Assembly: GCA_903813345.2 (NCBI GenBank)
Contig: CAIIXF020000001.1
Location: forward strand, 24,428,001 to 24,492,000
Source of the DNA: Owenia fusiformis
Taxonomy: Eukaryota
Length of the DNA stretch: 64,000 nucleotides
Reading direction: 5' to 3'
The position numbers and the translations under genes were made by a program. Every line of letters begins with the position of its first letter. Positions within the stretch are counted from its first letter, which is position 1. Of the stretch, positions 1 through 12,837 are shown piece by piece. Under the pieces are notes generated by a model, which ran no database searches, was not told the origin of the DNA, and was given only the letters and a program-made list of their open reading frames with translations.

Positions 1-884
1 TGTCACGTGATCGGTAGACTAGTCGCCATATTGGAAAAAACAATTCCATTCGACTTTCAATACTTTCATGCCAATCTTACCGCACTACAAACTGCGACAT
101 CGATGCAACAACTGAATAAAAGTATTCATCTTCAAATTACATTATAGAGTTACGTTGAAAACCCACAAACAACTGAGCAGTAGACCAAAGAAGACGCGTC
201 GCTATTATATAGGTCAATCTGTTCAGTGGTCTGAAAGCAAATCTATAGTACTCGTTTCCGAATTTTGTTGTTCATTGTACAATCTTTTATTGATTAAACT
301 CGGTATACTGACTATTAAAGCAATGACAAAGAAGAATACTTACGATGGTGCCATTGTTTTATTTAGCGTGCGGGTGTAATCACAAAATTGAGTAATTAGT
401 TTGATTTAGAACTTTCGTGTCACACAAATAGCTACGCGAAATGCAGTGGGAAAATATTGACCAATCAAATTTTGTCCTTTTTGAGTGCTTTTTCAGTGTA
501 TATTTGCGAACGTTCTGATTCAAAGAGCGAACCGCGAAAAGGAGAATTGGAAAAGTGACTTTTCATGCAAATGTGTACTAAAATTAAAATTTTATTCATG
601 AACTAGTGTTTCATTTACAAAAGATAGATACAATGGAATGTGTTAGAATTCGGTTGATTATGATTGAAGTTTGTTAACTTTTTTTACATCTTTGAATTAC
701 CAATTGATCATTCTTTCTAGTTATTGCAAAAGATAAAGTTTCTAAGTAAGTTTAAACGAGGAATAACATGAAAAGAGATTGCGGTTTAATTAACCAAAAG
801 TGGCTATAGCATTAACTTTCTACAGTGGAAGACTGTTTGACCTACTAGTAAACAAAGCTAAGAACTGGATACTGGGCTAATTAA

Positions 885-1772
885 TCAAAACCAGCTTGAC
901 AAGCGAACTGCCAGCTTAGGTTTACAGTGTGTACACAATTCTATAGAATCAATCTTATTCTGATCTCGGAAATCATGTCTTTTTAAGTTATTTCCTTTGA
1001 TCTGACTTTCACCATCTCCATTTTGATTCATAGGACTCTTATAAGTCTTTGTGTGTTTTGTTGATGTATACGGTACGGTACCTACATCCGGTTCGGCACC
1101 AACTTCCGGTACGAAACACATTTCCGGTTCGTTACCAACTTCCGGTTCGCGTACTTTGGTTTCATTTACACACCCTATACTACTTTCGTTTTTAATAAAT
1201 TTTCCAGAAATAACCATTTCGTGTTTTCCAGGAACAAAAATGGATTTTGCTACCACTATTCTATTTACAATACCATCGCCATCGTTTTCAAAGACATTTC
1301 TGTTCTCTTTCCTAGATAATTGTAACATATTTGACTTAAAATCTATATTACAATGATACTTTTCAAGTACGTCTGTACCAAATAACGCGTCACAATCAAT
1401 GTCAGCAACAATCACATCGTGCTGTATTTCTAGTGCATCCATCATGATATTCAATTTACATGAACCATGCACTGTCATTGGCCTTCCATCTGCCACTTTA
1501 TATACATTATTTACATCATTTAGCAACGGTCTATTGCCGTTAGCACGTACTTCCACAAACACATCATACGATATAATAGTAACATCACAACCACTATCTA
1601 CACAAAATTTTACACGTTTATTATTTACAAAACTATTTACAAATATTCCATTTGGTTCTTTATACATAGGTACTGTAACACATGTCCCATTTTCGTTACA
1701 GTTGGCTGAGTTCTGGGACTCTGCCTCAGCCATCGTTAGTTTCCCTGTTTGATTACTTTTGGATTCGTACAC
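885..1772 (-). CDS. pol: Truncated Pol: retropepsin-type aspartic protease followed by a low-complexity tail
   Basis: Catalytic motif FCVDSGCDVTIIS, flap YKVADGRPMTVHG and DALFGTDVL are present. The frame is -1 relative to gag and would be entered at ~1745. It ends after EPEVG-type repeats with no RT. Confidence 0.85.
   Translation of the reverse strand: MYESKSNQTGKLTMAEAESQNSANCNENGTCVTVPMYKEPNGIFVNSFVNNKRVKFCVDSGCDVTIISYDVFVEVRANGNRPLLNDVNNVYKVADGRPMTVHGSCKLNIMMDALEIQHDVIVADIDCDALFGTDVLEKYHCNIDFKSNMLQLSRKENRNVFENDGDGIVNRIVVAKSIFVPGKHEMVISGKFIKNESSIGCVNETKVREPEVGNEPEMCFVPEVGAEPDVGTVPYTSTKHTKTYKSPMNQNGDGESQIKGNNLKRHDFRDQNKIDSIELCTHCKPKLAVRLSSWF
1075..1152 (-). repeat. Short degenerate tandem repeats encoding EPEVG/VPEVG/EPDVG
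   Basis: Repeated ttccggttcg and accaacttccgg units inside the pol-frame ORF. Confidence 0.65.
1684..1745 (-). promoter_or_regulatory. Programmed -1 ribosomal frameshift signal (G GGA AAC plus predicted H-type pseudoknot)
   Basis: Minus strand: GGGAAAC (1745-1739), then a 6-nt spacer containing the gag TAA. Stem 1 is TGGCTGAG/CTCAGCCA (1732-1725 with 1710-1703). Stem 2 is GTCCCA/TGGGAC (1719-1714 with 1689-1684). Confidence 0.8.
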
Positions 1773-2734
1773 CGATCTTTAAAATGTCCAAATTCCAAGC
1801 AATTCCAACATTGTATCTCCTCCATGGAATATCGTTTCTTCTTACTATCATCCTGTTTGTTCTTCATGTTCATCTTTGACATTGATTCCTCTATTCATGT
1901 CAGCGTTTTCTTTAGTTCTGCTATTTCATCGTTACTATTAGTGATCGCCCTTACATTACTAGTGATACTAGAAGCACTTCTTCTTTGTCTTTCCGCAAGA
2001 TGGAATGCCTCTATTTCCATAGCCGCCAGCACAGCATCTTCCAAATTATTTGGCTTCTTCATCTGTACTGTGAAACGTGTCTGTTCATCTGGTAACCCTT
2101 CAATGAACTGATTCAATGCGATAGACTCTCGTACATCAACATCCCAATATGGATGTGCTCTCGCAACCAGTCGTCTAATAGCTTGTCCTAATTCTTGATA
2201 CGTTTCATTGGCTTGCTTCTGTCTAGCTTTAAGTTGAGCTTTAAACAAATCAGCTTGGCCCTGCGAATCAAAACGTCTAGCCATCGCTTGTGTTAAAGAC
2301 ACGAATGACTGTCTCTCTGTTGCATTCATATCACATAAATACTGCTGAGCGATTCCGCTTAAACTAACTACTAGATGTGCTGCTTTCCCATCGTCATCCC
2401 AATTATTTATAACTGCACATGATTCAAAATGCATCAACCAGTCTCTCCAACTAACAGACTGACCATCATATTTATCAGGCTTCACTCTCTGCTTGTTGCC
2501 AGATGGATATACAGCAGTTGCATTATATAATGGAACTGGATTTTCATTATTTGAAAGCATCTCATTTCCCAAAGATACATCACGATTTTCATTTCTCGTC
2601 ATTGAATTTTCATTCGAATTGTGACCATTAACACTTGTCAAAGGATGACCATGTAAATCACTAGACAATTGCCGAGCCATATTCCCACAAACAGCCTGGC
2701 CATTGACATTCTTAACTTCAAAATGTTGGTCCAT
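1736..2734 (-). CDS. gag: Retrotransposon Gag with premature TGA (1895-1897) ahead of a CCHC zinc knuckle
   Basis: The 279-aa ORF contains KPDKYDGQSVSWRDWLMHFESCAVINNW, QLKARQKQANETYQELGQAIRRLVARAHP and QFIEGL. The same frame continues past the TGA as IEESMSK...QCWNCLEFGHFKDRCTNPKVIKQGN to TAA at 1736-1738. The CX2CX4HX4C knuckle is at 1769-1810. Confidence 0.85.
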
Positions 2735-2859
2735 TCAATCTTAGCAGCAAAGGCATTTATAATTTTCTTCAAATCATGACCAATATTTACTTTTCCTTGC
2801 AGTTAAAAAATGTGTTCATAAATATTTTATTTAGATGCTATTTTTGATTTAAAATGTGC

Positions 2860-4200
2860 TATATTATATTATATAAATTATGTAATACTTTAAATGTTTA
2901 TTTTGAGTTGGATTGTCTAAGTTTTTTGTCCAAATTTCTTGAATACATTTCATCAGTATTTTGTAAAGCAACATTCTAAATTCTAATTTGCTGTTCATGC
3001 TTTGGTACCCCAGAAGTATATTTTTCCAAGTAATATCCACCTTTAGTGTTTCACTTAGAATATTCCATAGATTTTTAATTAGGCCTAACACACAATCATA
3101 TAATAAATGTCTTATGTCTTGTACAACATTACATTCACTACATTCTTTTGGTACATTCATATTCCACTTATTTACCAGTCTTCCACAGGCTAAGAAATTA
3201 TGTAATACTTTAAAGTTAAATTCTGATCACTTTTGGCATTCGATATCTTTTATCTTGTTTTTGTATATATTTCTAAAAGTGATTCTATCGTTCTGAATAT
3301 TGAACGATTTTGTCCAATCTGCTTCCATCCTTGGTCTAATAAATTTGTCTTTCAATAGGATTTCATAAAAGAACTTTGAACGTAATTTCTCAAGGTTTTC
3401 ATATTTATCATTTCTAAATACGTAGGAAAGAGTTTGAATGCATTTTGTTAACATTTTTCATACTTTGTTTACTCTCATATTTAATATTGTGCAAAGCAAG
3501 TCTAATTTTTAAATATTTGGTCATCCAATTTTGCTTATTCTAGTCTTAACTATTCTCTCGTCAAAAAGTCCTTGACATAAATAAAATCTGCATTTATCCA
3601 ATTTTTCGTGTATAAGATTTCTTTCCTATATAAAAACCGTTTGTTTAGCCATAAAACATCTGTTCCAGGATGTTTATTTTTCTTTATTTCTTTACATCTA
3701 TTGTATGCACAAAAGACATGTTTGTAGAACTTATAGTGATCTAAAATCTTAACATTTTCGTCAAAATTGGTTTTGTGAAAATCATTTATTGTAAAACCAA
3801 GCTTATTTATGATAAATTCTGGAATCATTTTAACCGGTGTGTTTGTTGTTTTTATACGAGGTGCCCATGCAGCTTTTAAAGCATCAATTTTACATTGAAT
3901 GTCTACCAGATTAATCCCACCATCAAATATATTTCCAATTAAAGTATTTCGTTTTACCCAATCCTTATTCCATAGAAAACCGAAAATAATTTTATTTATT
4001 CTTTTAACAATATCATCGGGTACATCTAGAATACTTAAATTGTACACTACTTTTGAAATTCCAAGAGTGTTAATAACATGTGCTTTCCATGATTCAAAAG
4101 GTTTTTCAAAGTTGTTAGTCTTGTTATCCCAGTTTTTTTCGTTGCACAAAGTTTTGTCATTTCCAATATATATTCCCAGACATTTAACAGGTTCTACTCC
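2860..4200 (-). mobile_element. Degenerate L1/Tx1-clade LINE, 3' part of ORF2
   Basis: Frameshifted pieces include PVKCLGIYIG (end of RT), INKIIFGFLWNKDWVKRNTLIGNIFDGGINLVDIQCKIDALKAAW, LWLNKRF and a zf-RVT-like CSECNVVQDIRHLLYDC (ORFs 3550-4149, 3227-3454, 2864-3160). Confidence 0.85.
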
Positions 4201-4479
4201 CTATTTTTTTCATATTGATCCACAATATTTCTAAAATTAATTTTATATATGGCACTTAAACCATATTTAGTATTTCCAAGGGTTTTAATTTTTAGTTGAA
4301 ATCATTGAAAGTTACTTTAAGGTGGAAACTAATAAATGCTTTATCAAATTACCATCAATCAATTGTGATCAATTTTCTAGATTTAGGTTTGGGATGCACA
4401 AGGAAATTAATCACCCGAAGGCAAACATGATCTAAACTACTCATATTGTATTTGAATAGCTGTTGGCACAGTTAGTCTT

Positions 4480-5365
4480 ATTAAAAAGACATATAAATAC
4501 AAATAAAACTAGAAGGGATATGCAAATCTTGAGATTTATGTATCGTGTTAAGCACAATTTATGTCCAAATTATATAATCGAAATTTTCGAACCCCTTAAA
4601 CGTCAAAATCAAAGAATATTAAGATATAATTTAGACTACCCTTAAAATGTTCAGATAAACTGAAAAACTCACCAGTTTTTAATTGTGCATCAATGTGGAA
4701 CAAAGCTTCTCAGTATCTTAAAGATAGCCAAAGTCTCTCCAGCTTCGAAAATTGTCAAAAGAAACTGATTCAAACATTAAAACCTAATCTTGACACTATC
4801 ACGAGCTTAAAGCTAAGCAGGAACTTTTAAACAGAAATTTTAATGAACAGATTCAGAGTAGATTTGGTTTTTAAAGCACAACTATATGCTCACAATTTTA
4901 CAACATTAAACACTCCAAACTGCACATTGAGATTACCTAAGACCTCAAAACATGTTTTTTCAGATGCCCTCAAAAGTACTGCAATTAGAACAATGCTTTT
5001 TAATAAGTTATCAAGATATAATCCGCAAACTATCAAAAACGAAAACCAAATAATGCATTTTTGAAATATGGAAGTAACGACCTCTCACCCTTACAAAAGA
5101 AGAAATACTTTATAAACGTGGCAAGACCATATAAAAGAAGATCCCTTCCATGGTTTTCACCACTATCTGCCCTTGTTGAACCAATGACTTGACACCTATT
5201 CATTCTTATTCTTAGCCAGAATCCCCCAGATAGCCTCATTGTACTTAATGTTGTTCATAATTAGCTCATGTTTGAAATATTGTTATCTTTAAGCTTGGCC
5301 TATAATGCCTTTTTGGCGATTGGCAGGCCATCTGATGTAAAATAAGATTTATGAAATAAATAGAT
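4480..5365 (+). mobile_element. Degenerate CR1/L2-group LINE 3' fragment
   Basis: Pieces RRDMQILRFMYRVKHNLCPNYI, ASMWNK..SQSLSSF and LMNRFRVDL..LYAHNF..PNC resemble post-RT C-termini. They are followed by a 3' UTR stem (ttggcct...aggcca) and an AATAAA-rich end. Confidence 0.6.
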
Positions 5366-8300
5366 AACCACATAATATTAAATAAAAAAACTACCAAGAC
5401 AGTAGCGTAACACAAATAGTGTGCAATATATCAGCTGCAGAAGACATGCTATAATTAATGTTGATAAATTGAAAAATTCCATCTATCCTTTTGAAGATCA
5501 TTTGTACCTAAGCCAATTGATGTAGTGGATACATTTTCAAAGAATTAATTCTTGTTAAACATAATTGAAGCTCATGAGGACTATTACTTTATTGGAATAT
5601 TTCCTGTTCAATTGTTGGCTTGAAGAGTGTAAAACGTTCCTTCTGGAGTATCATTACATCGGTCATGAACCTACTTTATTTTATATAGAATAGACGATTT
5701 CAATAAACCCTGCCATCGTATGGTACATCAAATAAGCTTTTTTATATAGTTTAGACTGCTGATGTTTTTAAGTGAACTTTAAAAAAAATTAGAAATAGGC
5801 CTTAGTTAATCCTATTTTTGCTTTTGCTACATCAAGAAGCTTTGATGATGTCATAAATTGTACTTTTAAAAATTAGCGATGGGCCTAAGTTAAATTTATT
5901 ATTTTTTTACTTAGACAAATTGCTACCTTCAACCTATGGCATCATCAATCTAGCAAATATGTATGAGTTTAGGGAAATATACAACAAATACAATGCAGGC
6001 AATGACCTGCATCCATTTGAGATTGGCCCGATACTCAACATAATACATACATGGCATAAGTGTGCCAAAAGGTCAACCGCTCATCATAGTCCATAACACT
6101 AACCAAGTGGAAAGCGAAGATGATAAGATATATGATGTTAAGATATATTAAAAACGTATTTATACAGATGTTAGATGTTAGCTATCCTTTGTGGGATCTT
6201 TTAATATATTATCCCTATCAAAAAAGAATCAATCGAAAGTTTCTTTTGCAATTTACCCTGAGCACATTACATCATGCATCATACACGTAAAATGTTTTGT
6301 CATACTAGGATTAGCAAGTTGCATTCTCTCAATTTGTATTTCATCTTCTAGAATATACTGAATATCCATTTGATATAAGATAACAAATATAATGTTATAT
6401 TATTAAACTTAATTACCTTTTATTTAATCAGCACGAGTCAATTGCTAATAAATTTTCTTCTAGAGTCATACGCTAAAGCCTCGAATCACAAATAACAGAG
6501 TATGTATTTCATTGTTCAAAGCAGTCTTATGATGTTTTGGGTTTAGTTCAGTTTAGGATAATATATTATTAGAGAACAAATTAGAGCATTACCAATTGTT
6601 ACTTTCAACTTTCATCTTATAATGGAGATGGCATAACTATCTCCAATATTAAGTCACAGCTACTATTTAGATCATATAACTGCAATACAATGCCCCCTTA
6701 TATTATGATATGGCTATTGTTCGAATCTTTGGGCTATAGGGTACATGACAAAAGAGTTGGATTTGGATATTGACTATTTAAGAACGCTAATTGGATTTGA
6801 ATGGAATTCTACTCCACATCATTTATGACTAAATACTTTATCTTATTGACATTGTTTCTTTGTCTGGTTGTACTTTCAGATGGTCGCTTTTTAACTTACT
6901 TAAAAACCGATTTTCCATTTTTTCTGGTAATTGTGATTTCTATTTCCCATTTGAAAGGTCATATTCACTGTTTTTATAACAAAATGAATGTTCTTCAGTT
7001 GGGGAAAATTTTCATTTTCACCACAAAAGAGGTCGAATTTGTGTCCAAATATTTTACCCATATGTTACTAAAACGCGAATCAGTTACGACTATATATACA
7101 TCCAAAGGCCTCAACAATCGAGTGAGAAATCCCTAACATTAGTAGGACCTTTACACAACGCAACCAAGGCATTGAGAAATTCACCAGAAAACTTCCTTTT
7201 ATGAAAGTAAAAATTCCCTAATTGGAAGTTCATCCATTTTGTAACGTAAGATGTAACATTTTTATAGCCAGGTTTGGACCAGTAATATTGTTCCTAGATT
7301 AAGTTATTTGGAAACGTCTTTTGCTTTTCTTTAAATCCAGATATGAATGTAGATATTATTCATTTCCTTTTAAGGATATTACATTTTCATGCAATAATCC
7401 ATTTCAACTGCTCTAGAGGAGGACTTAAATATATCAAAAAGGTATTTTAGTGTCCTTTTTGAAATGGTTTCATAAAGCTTCAAGGTTCTGCCTGAAAATG
7501 TGGGCATAATATTATTCCGTGTAATTAATTTTCTATTGAATCTGGGATTCACATAGGAGTAATTGTGGAAGGGATTGTATTATCCAATTCCTTTTCAGTT
7601 TTCAATACGCAAATTATATTTTTGTTTACGTGCAAAGAACTTGATGCGTGCAGCTTGGAAGTCAACTTCATTTGGAAGGTTTTTAATTGAGGGAATTATC
7701 AAGGTGAAGGCTGCTTTTCTTTGTTGTACCTGGTTTGCTTGATTACTTACCGATTCTCGATCTCTGATTTTCAAATCTAGGTTTTATTCCAACTTGAAAC
7801 ACCTAGGTATTTACTTTAGCTATTTACTACACAAAATTTATTAATTCAAATAGTTTGTGTGAACATAATATGAAAATTTCGAATTCTTATGAGACATTTT
7901 AAGCCCAGATGTATCCTAACCAAACCAAATCACAGAAATAAGATTAAATACAATATTTGTAGTCAATTCACGTAGGACACATTTATAATTTAAAGCTGTC
8001 TAGAAGTTATGTTGTCATTATCAATAGAAAAAAGAGATCATTTTGATTGTGTAGCGGGAATAAGTTACAGCACTTGCTGATGGATTAGTATGAGGGTTTT
8101 TTCATTCATGTGTACACTTTGTATGGAAATGATTGCCAAATACTTCAAAACGCATATACATTTAGCATTTACACATATATATGATTAGCGAATTATGTTC
8201 TTGTTTTCAAAGACATCGATAGGGCTAACCTATTTTAGATTCCATCAGGGATGTATTATTATCTAATCGTCTGTCCAGACATTCATGAAATAGGCATAAA

Positions 8301-9110
8301 CAATTCTAGGTTTTCTATGTTTGCGCCTTTATCCACCTGGGTGATCTTGTGTCGTCCTCATACAGAAAGTAATATATCCTGCTAAGCCTGCTACCCACTG
8401 AACTCATTCCAATGCAAATCTCCTTTGGTAACATCACGTTTATGCATTAGGGATCATTACTGTGATGGCTATAGTGCTATTTGCTTGGACATGAAGGTCA
8501 GCAGTCATTTCTTAAATGTCCGTGTTCTTTTTTTATACATTCGTCATTTACGCTGTTATATGAATAAGTTAATATAGGTATCGAATGAACATAACTTTCA
8601 AAGAAATGTTTACTCCATCAATTAAATGTTCTATTCACTGCATACGGGATGTAAAAATTGGGTTGCGTAGGGAGGGGAAAATGTTCCTTTTTAGGGGAGT
8701 CTCACGGAAACAACCCCATGTCCAGGTATGATCTTCCACCCTAATCAACCAGAGAAAATAAGAAAAATTCCGATGAGCTCCTATCTTGGTCCTCTACATC
8801 AATGCATTGACGGGCCAATATCACATCATATTTAAAGTTCTGTTTCCTCACTGTAAATAAAGAACTCATCTGACGGTGGCCAAAATGCCCCAATACGTCC
8901 GCTGAAAAATGAATGTAGTCCCAACACAATTGTGATAATGACGAGTCCGTAAGTATAGTTGTCATTTTTTGCAATGATAACATGCCATTTCTTCTAAAAA
9001 TGCGTTCATTTGGGTTATCTGAAGGAAAACTTCGAGTCAAGCGGCGTATTAATTTTGGCTTATTTTTTGTGAATTTCAATTTCTTTCGGCAGAGAGATGG
9101 GGTAGTGTCA

Positions 9111-9266
9111 CACTGGCGGATCTGTGGTGGGGGGGGGCAGGGGCCCCCTTGGGTGGGCCCAAAAAAATGACATGGTCATTACTGGGCCTTTTGGTCATTA
9201 CTAGGCCTTTAAGGGCCTTATTTTTTATTTTAGGCCAAATTTTGAAGATAATGAAACACCCTGTAT
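9111..9266. mobile_element. Fragments of DNA-transposon ends (hAT-like GC-rich end abutting a Tc1-like end)
   Basis: cactggcggatct followed by a G-rich tract resembles CAGTGGCGGATC-type ends. gaaacaccctgTA is the reverse complement of a TA-CAGGGTGTTTC Tc1-like terminus. No partner ends were found. Confidence 0.4.
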
Positions 9267-10415
9267 GCAAGATTTATTGAAAATTGTCAATTACGTTTCT
9301 ATCGCTCGCTCTAAATGATATTTTACTATTGCCCTTGTTTTCTAAATGTCGATGAAAGTTTCAATCCAATATGGGAAATACAGTGATCAAATCAGATTTT
9401 AGAATGCTGGAGAAGAAATGGGCACGGAAGCTACATTTTCTCTGCATGAATCTATCATATACCTGTGGTTCGACTTGACGTAATGGATGTTCTTATTTTT
9501 AGTATATGGAATCAGTTTAGATGTTTGTTTGATTTTTGCGGATGAAAGATATTGTGTAAAAACAGATTTTCAGAGAACCTTATTGTATTTTACTGATAAG
9601 ATTAACCAGGGCCTTCAACAGTATCCATTTGTGGTTTATAAGTGTTTTTGATTCGTTGAATGTTGGTGATCATGTATCTTAATTTGAAGTTGTTAACTTT
9701 TTTACTTTTGATAAGATCTATATACCCTTGTCTCAAAAAGGTGCATTGATACAGTGACCCGATTCGTCGCTTTATTTAATGGTTGAAATGCTGCGTTTCA
9801 ACGGTAAGTATCAAGAATAAGTTAGACCTAATAGAGAAATGTTCCTTTAGCACGAAAGCTTCGAATAGCTGATTTGATTTATTTGGTCTCTCAACCTCCC
9901 TGCTCTACTCAGATAACAAATTAAACTAAAGACAATACAATTCACTCAAATTTATAGTGAACTCATTCAAAATAGAAAAAATAATCAATATTTTGTCATT
10001 CTGACTGCTTTTTGTAAATACATGTTGGGTTAAGACTTCATATCAATTCGACAAATTGTCTTTTCCTGCAATTGTACAGTGGTATCACGCCAAGTGATAG
10101 GAAAATGAATGGAGGCGTTAGTAGCCGATTTCTGCTAGAAAATTCAGCAAGTTTGCAAGATTTATTTTTTCATGAGAAAGTTGACGAATAAATCGCTAAA
10201 TGAATAAGTGTATGGCATGGTGAAATCTTTTAGGTATCACTGTCCTGCTTCCCCAAGATATCAATTCTATATATCTCTGTTATGTACTTGAAAACTCACT
10301 TCTCATATGATAAATCATTTTATTGTCCAGAACTAATTTTGTTCCATGACAATACAACTAACAAAATACTCCCAAAATAAAATCAATCTAGATAAACAGG
10401 TTACGGGCGACATTA

Positions 10416-10904
10416 CCGGATTTTCTCGCATATAAGCCCTGGGCGTATAACTGAAAGAAGGGGTTATTTCGTCTGTTATTTTACCTCTTATTTTTCGCCC
10501 ATGGGCGTATGAGTGTACTACTTTCGATTTTTGGCCCAGCGGGCGTAAAGGTGAGAAGAGCTGATGAATACAATGGTTCCTCAAAGACTACCGTACCTAC
10601 TGTTGTAGTCCTACAGCATGTTTTGTAAGAATTATAAAGGAAATGTCACCTACAACCTTGGACTTATGTTGAAACAAAGTAACAACAGAACGATCCACCA
10701 CTGCCACTTACGGCACAGCGTTGAACTTAATGTTGAAACAAAGTAACGACAGAACGATCTGCCAGTGACAAAATACTCTTGAATTTATTGAAAAAAATCA
10801 ATAAATAGTCATTTTTTATAGGCCCATGGGCGTATAAGCGTACTACATTCGATTTTTGGCCCATGGGCCTAAATTTAGGGGGGCGTATATGCGAGAAAAT
10901 CCGG
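10416..10904. mobile_element. Tc1/mariner (pogo/Tigger-like) MITE, 489 bp
   Basis: 24-bp TIR CCGGATTTTCTCGCATATA(A/C)GCCC, flanked by TA at 10414-15 and 10905-06. Internal direct repeats: gcccatgggcgtat...ttcgatttttggccca twice and atgttgaaacaaagtaac...agaacgatc twice. Confidence 0.85.
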
Positions 10905-11547
10905 TATGCAGCAATTCATAGAAATGTGTGTTGCTATGATCGTACCCCATTGGAAATTTTGTCGCGAACTTCGAATTTCCCCTGTCACAAATTTTTGCTA
11001 ATTTTCCATAACATTTGGAACACTCCTAACACTCAAATTTTTTTGTTTGTCTTTGAACCTTTTATTTTAGAAAATACAATGGATTTAGAAAATATGTGTG
11101 ATTTTTCAATTTACTGCGAAAAAATAGCACAAAATTAAACATATTATTTTATTCAAGTCATCTAAACTTTATTCATTCAAATTCTCCAGGCATATGTTTA
11201 AATAAAGATTATCTTTGAGAGATTGTATTTTCATTTGCAACAACTTCATATTTAGCATGTGAATGTTGTTGTTGAATATAAGAGTTAAGATCTGCTTTTT
11301 ATCGTCGTTCAGGCCATTGAAAAACCTGTCTATTACGAACCTGACTGGTTCTGCAGATTCTGAACTTGGCAACATCACTCTTTAATACCATATTTATCAG
11401 TTTCAGTTGCATGATTTGCAATCTTGCAAATGCCTCTGTTGTAAGGTACCATTAAGTGCTCAAAGACTTCAAATGGCCAAGGACCAACAGTTGTGCGGCC
11501 ATAATCGTCCGTGGGTGAACAAGGCGGATACCGACTGATTACACTCT

Positions 11548-12837
11548 CACGGTGTATAACCCAAACGCTCCTACATGCACGACGGAGCGTTTCATTTACG
11601 CGGAAACGCTCCGGAGCGAAATAAAATGGCGGCTAATGAAGATTCCACTATGACCGTAAGTATTGTTTCTCTCGTCTCTCTTACATATCATATGTTATGG
11701 TGAAATATTATGTACCATTCGATGAACAATACCGTGAGCAAAGATCTTATTTATTCAACTTCTGGTGGTAAACTGTTATTTGCTTGATCAAAGCTCCGAA
11801 GTGTAGATCGAACGAATCTGAAGATGACGATCTGACCACAAATTACGAATTAAACTAGTATTTCTATGAAAACGTTAATCTTTCTGTGAAAGTAGTAGAT
11901 CACAAACTCGTATTCTCATTTCCTAAAATCCCAGTCCAAATCCATTACTTGTTCTCAAGAAATCGCTTGTTTTCCTCGAAACGCTCCGTCGATTTAGAAC
12001 ACAATTTTAGAAACGCTCTTACCATTTTGTTTTGATATCATTTTCAGATTATAAGAGAAGAGTTCCGAATCGAATCTATCTCTCAAAAACGTGTTGTACT
12101 TGTTAGGCAAATTGAAACATCTAAACCCGGTGGTGCTAAACGTGCAACTAGCTGATTTAAGCCTACATTAGATGATGTCATGCCTACATGTGTGCTAAAT
12201 CATAAAACTATAGAAAAAACGAAAATTTATATGTGAATTAATCTTTCTTCTTTTGATGCCAGGGGGGTATAATAGATCTTTTCTTTCTCTTCCTGAAAAG
12301 GAAAGGCAAGCTATATATTTCCTAAACTGATCTAGACTACCGGAGCGTTTCCAGTTCACTGTGTTAACCAGATCGGAGCGTTTCTTGAATATGAGAATGT
12401 CATCATTTTTAAGACTGGATTTTCGGTCATCAAATCACTATTACGATAATGCATGGTGCGTTGAAGCATTGGAATTTGACTAAAATATACGTTGGTGCTC
12501 TAATCTTGGCTCAACTAATCACATGTATCGACAAAAGGGGTTTTGACCGGTAGAATGACAAATACGTTTTTGGATTTTGATAACTATACTGCTTCGTACA
12601 GCTCTTCCTAATTGCTTCAAACGTCAACAGCCAGCCAAGTACAACATGAATATCACACCCATCGAATGGTATACTCGAAATATGTAACTCATACCTCTTA
12701 TTCCCATTATTGGGGAAATCGTCAGACGGCTCATCATTCCCGCCAGCCAGTTTTCCTACTCCGGAGCGTTTCTTTGTTTAATTTCAGTAATGAAACGCTC
12801 CGTCGTGCATGTAGGAGCGTTTGGGTTATACACCGTG
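11548..12837. mobile_element. Non-autonomous Transib/RAG-like transposon, 1290 bp
   Basis: Perfect 49-bp TIRs starting CACGGTG (11548-11596 and 12789-12837). 5-bp TSD ACTCT at 11543-11547 and 12838-12842. About ten AAACGCTCC/GGAGCGTTT motifs. Confidence 0.8.

Larger units (their letters stand above)
885..2734 (-). mobile_element. Ty3/gypsy-like LTR retrotransposon remnant (gag plus aspartic protease only)
   Basis: Gag capsid-like motifs, a CCHC knuckle, a -1 slippery site and a retropepsin motif occur in canonical order. No RT (YxDD), RNase H, integrase or LTR is visible. Confidence 0.88.

Noticed and set aside
1895-1897. Programmed stop-codon read-through in gag
   Set aside because: The context TGA-ATA is not a known leaky context. 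A simple nonsense mutation is more parsimonious.
1051-2111. Plus-strand ORFs of 65-120 aa
   Set aside because: They are antisense shadows of gag and the protease.
6500-9080. Decayed coding-like minus-strand stretches (e.g. DVYIVVTDSRFSNIW, TILTDSSLSQL) hinting at an SGNH/GDS-type esterase pseudogene; similar texture at 14600-15500 and 37000-38400
   Set aside because: They contain many stops and frameshifts and only a loose motif resemblance. A homology search would be needed to support the call.
11548-12837. RAG1/RAG2 or Transib transposase coding sequence, or a true RSS nonamer
   Set aside because: There is no long ORF or DDE motif and no ACAAAAACC at 12 or 23 bp. Only the termini and TSD support the assignment.
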